From: Lachnospiraceae bacterium
GTDB taxonomy: Bacteria > Bacillota > Clostridia > Lachnospirales > Lachnospiraceae
Assembly: GCA_045642625.1 (NCBI GenBank)
Contig: JAZUJC010000215.1
Location: 1 to 50,603 of the forward strand
Length of the DNA: 50,603 bases
Reading direction: 5' to 3'
A program made the position numbers and the translations under genes. This document shows positions 19,085 through 26,361 of this stretch, one piece after another. The notes below the pieces were generated by a model. It searched no databases, was not told the DNA's origin, and worked only from the letters and a program-made list of their open reading frames with translations. Each line of letters starts with the position of its first letter. The stretch's first letter is position 1.

Positions 19085-19528
19085 ATGAACAAGCGTAACT
19101 CTATCGAAATTGGTGTTAAAGGTCTTATCCTTGCCGTAACTGTTATTATTGCAGTTATTCTTTCAGCACTTGCACTCTACATGGCTAACACATCAAAGAG
19201 TACCATCAACTCAGGTACAACACAGTATACTCAGTTAACAAGTGAGTATTCAGAAATTAATGCCACAATGTATGATGGTCTTGATGTAAGCGGTGCAAAG
19301 GTTGAGGAACTTATTAAGGATTGCTGCAAGGATGGTGTTATCACTGTTGTTGTTAAGACAAAGCTTAATGCTGGTGGTGCCAACTATGCAGGTAATGCAA
19401 AGACAGCGTACACACTTGGAAGTTCACCTGCTGACAACAATCACATCAATCCTACAGGTACATTTAGGGGAGAAGTTACAAAAAACAACAATGGTATGGT
19501 AACAACTATCACATTTACACAGCACTAA
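19085..19528 (+). CDS. Major Tad-type pilin, copy A
   Basis: AAGGAG RBS; hydrophobic N-helix, YDGLDVSGA, HINPTGTFRG; N-terminal ~72 aa nearly identical to copy B. Confidence 0.75.
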   Translation: MNKRNSIEIGVKGLILAVTVIIAVILSALALYMANTSKSTINSGTTQYTQLTSEYSEINATMYDGLDVSGAKVEELIKDCCKDGVITVVVKTKLNAGGANYAGNAKTAYTLGSSPADNNHINPTGTFRGEVTKNNNGMVTTITFTQH

Positions 19529-19555
19529 TATTTTATTTAAAGGAGATTAAAAATC

Positions 19556-19990
19556 ATGAACAAACGTAACTCAATTGAAATTGGTGTTAAAGGTCTTATC
19601 CTTGCCGTAACTGTTATTATTGCAGTTATTCTTTCAGCACTTGCACTCTACATGGCTAATACATCAAAGAGCACAATTAACTCAGGTACAACACAGTATA
19701 CTCAGCTTACAAGTGAATACTCAGAGATTGATGCCACAATGTACGATGGTCTTGATGTAAGCGGTGCAAAGATTGTTGAACTTATCAAGAAGCTTGCTCA
19801 GACTGGTTCAACTTATACAATCACTGTTGTAACACTTGAGTCAAATACTTCTACATACAGCTCAACAGCTCAGTATTCCGATCCCGGCCCTACTCAGGCA
19901 GCTCACATCAACGAGACAGGTACTTTCAGAGGTGAGGTTACTAAGAACGCTAACGGAATGGTAACAAGTATCAAGTTTACACAGCACTAA
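19556..19990 (+). CDS. Major Tad-type pilin, copy B
   Basis: Tandem paralog of copy A (83-bp exact identity 19106-19188 vs 19577-19659) with a divergent central head region. Confidence 0.75.
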   Translation: MNKRNSIEIGVKGLILAVTVIIAVILSALALYMANTSKSTINSGTTQYTQLTSEYSEIDATMYDGLDVSGAKIVELIKKLAQTGSTYTITVVTLESNTSTYSSTAQYSDPGPTQAAHINETGTFRGEVTKNANGMVTSIKFTQH

Positions 19991-20021
19991 TTTTACCGAT
20001 TACTCATTCGGTTTCCTCTTT

Positions 20022-20045
20022 AGGGGTGGAGTAAAATCCACCCCT
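20022..20045 (+). terminator. GC-rich stem-loop after pilin genes
   Basis: AGGGGTGGA-GTAAAA-TCCACCCCT; weak U-tract. Confidence 0.6.
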
Positions 20046-20056
20046 GTATAAAGGTA

Positions 20057-20159
20057 AAATCGACTAATTATATACGCATGTATATTGTGTTTCATTTGTT
20101 ACGGTAGAAACACGCTCCTCCCTCTATTTTATATACGTGCGTATATAAGTGGTTGATTT
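20057..20159 (+). ncRNA. Candidate structured RNA or paired operator (long inverted repeat with inner hairpin and anti-SD tract)
   Basis: 29-bp stem with 3 G:U pairs and 1 mismatch; inner GTGTTTC/GAAACAC hairpin; unpaired CTCCTCCCT. Confidence 0.4.
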
Positions 20160-20180
20160 AACGATATTTTAGCACAATAG

Positions 20181-20227
20181 GTATTATGATAATACAGTAT
20201 ATACGATAATATTGTAATACAATATTA
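20181..20227. promoter_or_regulatory. Two perfect palindromes upstream of pseudopilin genes (operator candidates)
   Basis: GTATTAT-G-ATAATAC (20181-20195) and TAATATTGTA-A-TACAATATTA (20207-20227). Confidence 0.5.
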
Positions 20228-20239
20228 CAAAACAGGAGA

Positions 20240-20743
20240 ATGAAAATGTATAGAAGAAATGGTGGCCAGATAGGAATATTCGTTACGGGACTTATCGCAA
20301 TAGTCCTTGTAGTGATCCTGCCTTTGCAATACATAGCCAAAACACAAGCCGAGTCGGTTAATTCCAATACTCAGGCAATTCTTGATGATATGGTTGCAAG
20401 AGTGCAGAGCACTCACAAATTTACAGAAAAGGATTACTTGAATCTCATGGAGACCATCAATATTTCCGGTGCGGTATATGACCTTGAAATATCAACGGGT
20501 ACAAGATACTACGGAATTGATGATGCGGATGATACAAGAATAGACACACCGATAATGACTTATACCAATGAGATAATAGATGAAATATCCGCTAACGGAT
20601 ATTATGAGTTTGGACCGGGGGACACAATAACATTCAGACTTGTAAGAAGAACATCGTCTGCTGCCTCACAAATAGCCAACTCATTGCTTGATACAAGTAT
20701 CGAGCCTACGGAGTTTATATCAGGTGGGGTAGTAGGAAGATAG
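20240..20743 (+). CDS. TadE/G-like pseudopilin
   Basis: Single N-terminal TM; paralogous to 22108..22647 (YTNEIIDEI..GYYEFGPGDTI vs YTAQILGAV..GAYLMNKGDTF). Confidence 0.6.
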   Translation: MKMYRRNGGQIGIFVTGLIAIVLVVILPLQYIAKTQAESVNSNTQAILDDMVARVQSTHKFTEKDYLNLMETINISGAVYDLEISTGTRYYGIDDADDTRIDTPIMTYTNEIIDEISANGYYEFGPGDTITFRLVRRTSSAASQIANSLLDTSIEPTEFISGGVVGR

Positions 20744-20759
20744 TAAAGAGGTAATAGTT

Positions 20760-21143
20760 ATGGATAGCGTAAAGGAATTTATGTTTACTGTTGTAGGAGC
20801 CTTGCTTTTTGTAGTTGCGGTCACAATGTTTATGGGACTGTCGAACAGGGTTCATGAGTTGTCTGATGAAGTAGAATCAACTGACAGCATAGATACAAGC
20901 CTTGCTTCAGTATCGAGCATTGAGTATACTGAGCCGGTTATTACATATTCCGATGTTGTGGCGGAACTGTTTGTGGACTCGTTGCAGTATGATGTGGAAA
21001 TAGATGGCGTTTTATATGAAAAGTCAGAGTACAACCTTGCAAGATATAATGTAAATGGAATTTCGGAACATGCCACATACAGACGCTCTTGTGTGTATGA
21101 TGCGGATGGAGTACTGACTAAGGTTATATATTGGAGTAACTAA
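20760..21143 (+). CDS. Pilin-like protein
   Basis: N-terminal TM; C-terminal YDADGVLTKVIY echoes the pilin C-terminal hairpin. Confidence 0.55.
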   Translation: MDSVKEFMFTVVGALLFVVAVTMFMGLSNRVHELSDEVESTDSIDTSLASVSSIEYTEPVITYSDVVAELFVDSLQYDVEIDGVLYEKSEYNLARYNVNGISEHATYRRSCVYDADGVLTKVIYWSN

Positions 21144-22102
21144 TGGATGTATTGGATGTAGTAATTCTTTTATTCGTCTCTATGGCGTGGTTTGCGGTGA
21201 TATTGTTCCTCACTGTAATTCTTCACGAGCTGGGACACTTTATCGGTGGTAAGTTATCAGGATATAAGTTTGCCGGGTTTGCCATTCTGGGATATTTATA
21301 CAACGGAAAAAGAATGAGTAAGTATGACAGAAGAATGCTTAATGTCGGTCAGTGTTATATGTATACTTGCGATTATGGTAAAAATCCTGTACTGCTTATT
21401 CTTGGCGGATGCATTATGAATATGTGTCTTGGTGTATTCTTTGCTTTGATTACTCTGTTTGTTGTGGATTTTGATAATTTCACATTAAGACAGATTTATT
21501 TACTTTTATTTTTGATGATTCCATCATTGATAAATATAATTATGGGAATCGGAAACCTGTTCTTTGGTTCATCTACTTCTGATGGCAAGACTTTCTTTGA
21601 GTGTCGCACAGAGGCTCATCAAGCTGAATATAATCACATAATGGGGATAACAAAATACCTGATTGACGGAGTTTCCTTCGGGCTTATGCCGGAAAGCCTT
21701 TTTAATTATGGGCAAGACTGGAAAAAGAACTCATTAAGTGCCGAAATGCGAATGTATTGTTATTATAGGGAACTGGAGCTTGCGGATACCCTTAAGGAAT
21801 ACATAAGCTCAGCCGTTGAGTATGGATTTAACGGAGAGTCATGGAAGAAGGGAAGATTCTTCATAGAAGAAAATGAACTTGAGCATGTTATATATGAGGT
21901 TCTGGTTGGTAGAAGGGTAGTGAAATACCCTGTATCAGAACTTGATCCGAGAACATACCTGCCTGGTCTGTTCCTTGCCGAAATGGGAAAGATAAAGGAT
22001 AGGAAGGAACCGGATACTACAAAACTTCCATTTATGGGAATTTCAATGTCCTTTGAAAAATTCCTGCGTAATGGAATATCATTCATAAAGGGGGAAGATT
22101 AA
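21143..22102 (+). CDS. M50-family (site-2-protease-like) membrane metallopeptidase
   Basis: HELGH in a TM, GGCIMN and N..SDG motifs; TAATG coupling to upstream gene. Confidence 0.8.
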   Translation: MDVLDVVILLFVSMAWFAVILFLTVILHELGHFIGGKLSGYKFAGFAILGYLYNGKRMSKYDRRMLNVGQCYMYTCDYGKNPVLLILGGCIMNMCLGVFFALITLFVVDFDNFTLRQIYLLLFLMIPSLINIIMGIGNLFFGSSTSDGKTFFECRTEAHQAEYNHIMGITKYLIDGVSFGLMPESLFNYGQDWKKNSLSAEMRMYCYYRELELADTLKEYISSAVEYGFNGESWKKGRFFIEENELEHVIYEVLVGRRVVKYPVSELDPRTYLPGLFLAEMGKIKDRKEPDTTKLPFMGISMSFEKFLRNGISFIKGED

Positions 22103-22107
22103 AAACT

Positions 22108-22647
22108 ATGATTGATTCACCTATGTCAAAACTTGTCAGCGTGGTTATTGTTGTTGCCGTTCTTTTCCTGTTTCCCATTATATGGGCAGCCCAAAAGGGA
22201 GATTATCTTTCACAGAAAAAAGCTGAAAAGGTTGTATATGATTTTGTTACGAATGTATGTGACAGGGGATATATAGATGATACCTTGTACGAGGCTTTTA
22301 TGGCTAACTTATCGTCTACTGGTAATACATACAAAATTGAAATGATGCATCGTCAGAATATATATGAGCCTGAGTACAGTGGTGCTACTTTTACAGGAAA
22401 TGTAATGGAGTACGTCTCTGAAGCATATACGGCTCAGATCCTGGGTGCTGTATATGACGGAAATGGTGCTTATCTCATGAATAAGGGTGATACCTTTGAG
22501 GTGTCAATAATACTTGCAACAGAGGGCCTTGCTCAGTCATTAACTAATAATACGGTCGGAGTTGGAACAACCGGATATTATAAGGCTTCTATGGCTGTGA
22601 CTGGTATATCTCATCAGATTAGAGAAAAATACATTGATAATAAGTAA
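22108..22647 (+). CDS. TadE/G-like pseudopilin
   Basis: N-terminal TM ending LFLFP; FVTNVCDRGYI..YEAF..LSSTGNTY motif. Confidence 0.6.
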   Translation: MIDSPMSKLVSVVIVVAVLFLFPIIWAAQKGDYLSQKKAEKVVYDFVTNVCDRGYIDDTLYEAFMANLSSTGNTYKIEMMHRQNIYEPEYSGATFTGNVMEYVSEAYTAQILGAVYDGNGAYLMNKGDTFEVSIILATEGLAQSLTNNTVGVGTTGYYKASMAVTGISHQIREKYIDNK

Positions 22648-22668
22648 TTATAAGGGAGGAAAACAAAA

Positions 22669-23235
22669 ATGCGTTTTAAAAAATTAGCGGTAACACTTCT
22701 TTCTCTTTCTATGGCTTTTGCTGTGGTTGGATGTGAGGAGGCAAAAGAGTTTTCAGCAGATTCACTTAATACTCTCGGTTCACAGATTAACGATGCTGCG
22801 GATGCGATTGGTAATGCTCTTGGTATCAGCAGTAATGAGGTAGTTGATACTCCTATCCCAACTCAGACTAACAGAGTGTTTGAGTTGGCTGAGCCTAAGC
22901 CTACCATGACTGAGGAAGAGAAGGCAGCAGAACAGGCTAAGCGTGATGAGATACTTAACGGGGTAAATAATTACTTTGGAAGTAAGCCCACTCCTGTACC
23001 TTTAGAGTCTTTAAACGGAGATAAGGATAAGAATAAGGACAAGAACAAAGATAAGAACAAGGATAAGGATAAGACAGCAACCTCAACGCCGACACCTGCT
23101 CCTACAGTGGCGGAGGTTAAGGATGATGAGCCGATTGCAACAGCGACACCTGTGCCTACATTATCACCTACTCCTACTGAAAAGCCAAAGGCAACACCTA
23201 CTCCTGTGCCTAATGACGCATTATTAGATTGGTAA
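22669..23235 (+). CDS. Lipoprotein with KD/KN repeats and a PT-rich tail
   Basis: Lipobox AVVG|C; (DKNK)n; TPTP linkers. Confidence 0.7.
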   Translation: MRFKKLAVTLLSLSMAFAVVGCEEAKEFSADSLNTLGSQINDAADAIGNALGISSNEVVDTPIPTQTNRVFELAEPKPTMTEEEKAAEQAKRDEILNGVNNYFGSKPTPVPLESLNGDKDKNKDKNKDKNKDKDKTATSTPTPAPTVAEVKDDEPIATATPVPTLSPTPTEKPKATPTPVPNDALLDW

Positions 23236-23573
23236 TGCCAGCAAGGGAAAGTTTTTATTAAAAAGGTGTTTTTTTAGGTAAAACAAGGAAAAAGGTGTTT
23301 TATTAAAATGGAACATTATCCAATGTCGAATGATTCATTATTGGTTTGTTATAACCGACAAGATGAAAGTTGCAGTGAGCGTGGATAAGTATTTTTATTT
23401 GAATTTACATATAGTTTTAAACAAGATAAAAGTTGCAGTGAAAATAAATTTGGTAAAAACAAGTGAAAATAGCTTGTTTTTTCACGCGTAATTAACTTTT
23501 TCTTATTACTTATTGCCATTATATTATTGCTTTTAAAGCATAACAAGATGAAAGTTGCAGTGAGATTTGATAT

Positions 23574-23582
23574 TTATCCACA
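23574..23582 (+). promoter_or_regulatory. DnaA box
   Basis: Perfect TTATCCACA overlapping the iteron at 23580. Confidence 0.8.
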
Positions 23583-23840
23583 AGATGAAAGTTGCAGTGA
23601 GATTTGTATAACAAGGCAAACATTTAATTTATAAGGGATTGCTGCTAACTATCAGTTATGGTTATCGGCAAAGAATTGTTAAGTTATCAACACACAACAA
23701 AGCCATTATTTAGCAATAAATGATATGTTTTATTGTTTTATCGTTCGTTTTTCATCATTTTTTGCCTGAATTAGATTGTAAATGCCTGTTTTGAATGATT
23801 TTTTGGTGTGAACAAGATGAAAGTTGCAGTGAAAGCTGAG

Positions 23841-23849
23841 TTATCCACA
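23841..23849 (+). promoter_or_regulatory. DnaA box
   Basis: Perfect TTATCCACA overlapping the first iteron of the tandem array. Confidence 0.85.
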
Positions 23850-23974
23850 AGATGAAAGTTGCAGTGAACCAAGATGAAAGTTGCAATGAACCAAGATAAA
23901 AGTTGCAATGAACCAAGATAAAAGTTGCAGTGAGATTGTTGCAATGCCTTAAATATCCTGGCTTTGCGGATTTG

Positions 23975-24040
23975 CTATTATTAGCTTTTATTAAACTATA
24001 TTATTAGCTTATTTTTATTATAACTATTATTATTATTTGC
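23975..24040. other. AT-rich DNA-unwinding element candidate
   Basis: Almost pure A/T with TATTATTAGCTT twice, between iterons and rep. Confidence 0.6.
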
Positions 24041-24061
24041 ATTCGCACAGAAAGGATTTTT

Positions 24062-24889
24062 ATGAATAACTTGGAATACAAATTGCATCGTACTGTCATC
24101 AAATCTTTTGAAGGGGTTAGAACTCTACAATTATCTTTGGATTTATTTCAGGATAGGGTTCTTGATTATGTGATAACTGAATCTAATTGGGATGGTAATG
24201 AATTTAGCACTGTGGAGATTTCTGCAAAAGATTATTGCAACTTGTCTGGAACGGATGTTAATGGATTTTATACTTATTTTAAAAAACATATTGACGAAAT
24301 TGATAGTGTTAATTTATGGCTTGAAAAAAATGGTATTCTTCATAAGTTGAGATGTTTTAATAAGACTGAATTGGATAAAAATACAGGGGTTGTATATATT
24401 CAACTACATAGCGACATGCATTTTATTACAAGTCGGGAAGGTCAGTTTATTAAGTATGAGCTGTTGATGTCATTTGCTATGAGGGGAAAATATACAAAAA
24501 ACTTGTTCGAAAAGCTGTTGACATATGTTTATCATCAGAAAACTTATGTCAATATTGAGACAGTTAAAGGTTGGCTGAAAATAGACGGAGTTGCGGCATA
24601 TAATAATGCTGCTAATTTGCGTATTAAAGTGCTTGATCCTGCTATAAATGAAATTAATTTAGTTTCGGAGTTAACTGTTTGCTACGAATTTGTGTATGGT
24701 GGAAGAGGCGGAAAGAAAGCGGTGGGAATCAATTTCTTCATTGAGAGAAAAGGGTTTATTGAAGAACAGACTGCAAGAAACATTGCTCAAGATAGGATAT
24801 TTGCTAAAACTGGTCAGTGTGCCGGACAGATGAATGTGTTTCAGTGTTTTGGACCGCCAGATATGGAGATAAAAACGAGGGAGAACTAA
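24062..24889 (+). CDS. repB: Rep_3-family (RepB-type) plasmid replication initiator
   Basis: GKYTKNLFEKL, YNNAANLRIKVLDPAINEIN, GRGGKKAVGINFFI motifs; adjacent iterons. Confidence 0.9.
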   Translation: MNNLEYKLHRTVIKSFEGVRTLQLSLDLFQDRVLDYVITESNWDGNEFSTVEISAKDYCNLSGTDVNGFYTYFKKHIDEIDSVNLWLEKNGILHKLRCFNKTELDKNTGVVYIQLHSDMHFITSREGQFIKYELLMSFAMRGKYTKNLFEKLLTYVYHQKTYVNIETVKGWLKIDGVAAYNNAANLRIKVLDPAINEINLVSELTVCYEFVYGGRGGKKAVGINFFIERKGFIEEQTARNIAQDRIFAKTGQCAGQMNVFQCFGPPDMEIKTREN

Positions 24890-24891
24890 AT

Positions 24892-26004
24892 ATGAAGATA
24901 CATCATTTTGCGCTGATATTTGTTATCTTTGCATTAACCATTGTTGTAGTGACTGATTTAAAGGTTTCCGAGGCAGACTATATGAGCAGGGAAACTGGAC
25001 TTGTTAATACGATATTCGATAGGGCGGTAGTCGCTGCTACGGATAATCTTCTTGATTCTGAGTTTGGTGTCACGGAACTCACAAAGGAGAATGCAGTACA
25101 GGCGTTCTTTGATTCGCTGTATGCCTCATTTGGTATTACTGACAGCCCTTTATCAAGGGAGAATATGGCGCTTTATGTGCCTGTCATATGTGTTACTGAG
25201 CCTGATGGTTTTTATATTTACTATGATGAGGTTGTGTATAATGCCGCAGGAGATACTGAGTTTCAAAGATGCTGGACTGAGAAAAAGACATATACATATC
25301 GTGAGTCAACTGCTCCTGCCGGTTACATTGCCACAGATTTCATTTTGAGATTTCAGGGTGATGGTTCGGTTTATGTATATGACTCACAGGGTATTATAAA
25401 TGGCACGAAAGGCTATTTAAAGAGAGTTTATATTGATGAGTATGAGAAGGAAGTCGCAAAATATCTTTCTGGTCATGTGGCTGGTTTTGCGAGCCCTGCC
25501 ATAGATCCCGATGAGTACGAATACTATGATTTGATTACCTGCCTCAATGGCGCAAAGAAGTATTATTCTCTGCTTGACCACAAAGCTGAATTGCTTGAGA
25601 AGGAGGCTACTGTAAGGGCGGTTACTCTTGAGGATAACCTTAACTATTACTGTAATGCACATAACTATGTTGCACAGCAGCAAGGTGTTATGTATACATT
25701 CTCAATTCCATCGTTTGATGCGGAGACTTATTTGCGTTCAACACAAAACACTTCTTTCCTTGCTTTCTTCCAGGGATATGCAGTGCCCGGTACTGATGAA
25801 ATATTTAACAGATATTCAGTAGCCAATGCAGAAGTTGAGATGGCTCAGTTATTTTACATAGACGATACTCTGACATATCACAGGGATGTTGATTGTAAAT
25901 ACGCAACGGAAATCACTGATTCGTCGGCTTCGCAGTCAGGTTGTGCGAGTAAGGGTGCTTTTGCGTGTGATGCTTGTTTCCCTGGACTTGGTGCGCATCG
26001 TTAA
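24892..26004 (+). CDS. Tad-locus pseudopilin/TadG-like protein
   Basis: Probable start ATG 24892 (GAGGGAG RBS) rather than 24817; N-terminal TM; AVQAFFDSLYASFG..YVPVI..DGFYIY and SFLAFFQGY; C-terminal H/C cluster. Confidence 0.6.
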   Translation: MKIHHFALIFVIFALTIVVVTDLKVSEADYMSRETGLVNTIFDRAVVAATDNLLDSEFGVTELTKENAVQAFFDSLYASFGITDSPLSRENMALYVPVICVTEPDGFYIYYDEVVYNAAGDTEFQRCWTEKKTYTYRESTAPAGYIATDFILRFQGDGSVYVYDSQGIINGTKGYLKRVYIDEYEKEVAKYLSGHVAGFASPAIDPDEYEYYDLITCLNGAKKYYSLLDHKAELLEKEATVRAVTLEDNLNYYCNAHNYVAQQQGVMYTFSIPSFDAETYLRSTQNTSFLAFFQGYAVPGTDEIFNRYSVANAEVEMAQLFYIDDTLTYHRDVDCKYATEITDSSASQSGCASKGAFACDACFPGLGAHR

Positions 26005-26016
26005 ACGGAGGATAGT

Positions 26017-26319
26017 ATGTTGTTTCAATATTTTCACTTTCAACTTTACCTTGCGGTTGCAATATTGATTTCTTCGGTTATTGCTGTTGTCGGAATGTTT
26101 TTGATTAAGATGCGGATTAAAAGGGGGACTGAAGCAAAAGGACCTGGAAATGTAATGTGCATTCTTGGGGTTGCTTTGGATGCTGTTTTGGTAATACTTG
26201 GAATGGTAGTGGATGTTAAGAATATTGGCGAGTTGTCATTCTTTACAACAGTTAATGCGGTTGCTGTGGCAGCAGTAGCCTTTTGTGTAGTTGTTTATGT
26301 GAAAACAGTGCGTAGCTGA
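26017..26319 (+). CDS. Small three-TM membrane protein
   Basis: GGAG RBS; three hydrophobic segments. Confidence 0.6.
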   Translation: MLFQYFHFQLYLAVAILISSVIAVVGMFLIKMRIKRGTEAKGPGNVMCILGVALDAVLVILGMVVDVKNIGELSFFTTVNAVAVAAVAFCVVVYVKTVRS

Positions 26320-26361
26320 TAATCATACTGGATTAGTTTTTTTTGAAAGGAGTATTGCCCG

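Larger units (their letters stand above)
23358..23933 (+). repeat. Plasmid replication origin iterons (9 copies of ~21-bp MCAAGATRAAAGTTGCARTGA)
   Basis: Copies start at 23358, 23421, 23543, 23580, 23812, 23847, 23869, 23891, 23913; the last four are tandem with 22-bp period; directly upstream of a Rep_3 gene. Confidence 0.92.

Noticed and set aside
19085-19990. R64-type shufflon acting on the pilins
   Set aside because: All copies are in direct orientation and no repeated sfx-like inverted sites flank alternative C-termini
23021-23073. GATAAG/AATAAG tandem tract as a phase-variable simple repeat
   Set aside because: Unit length is a multiple of 3 and synonymously degenerate, so it reflects protein low complexity rather than frameshift switching
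23349-23546. 65-aa minus-strand ORF in the origin
   Set aside because: Translates through iterons and AT-rich DNA with no RBS or coding character
23358-23933. Repeats as a CRISPR array
   Set aside because: Gaps range from 1 to over 200 bp, repeats are only ~21 bp and non-palindromic, there are no cas genes, and DnaA boxes plus a Rep_3 gene explain them as iterons
24817-24891. N-terminal extension of the 395-aa ORF
   Set aside because: Overlaps rep; a better RBS and ATG lie at 24892
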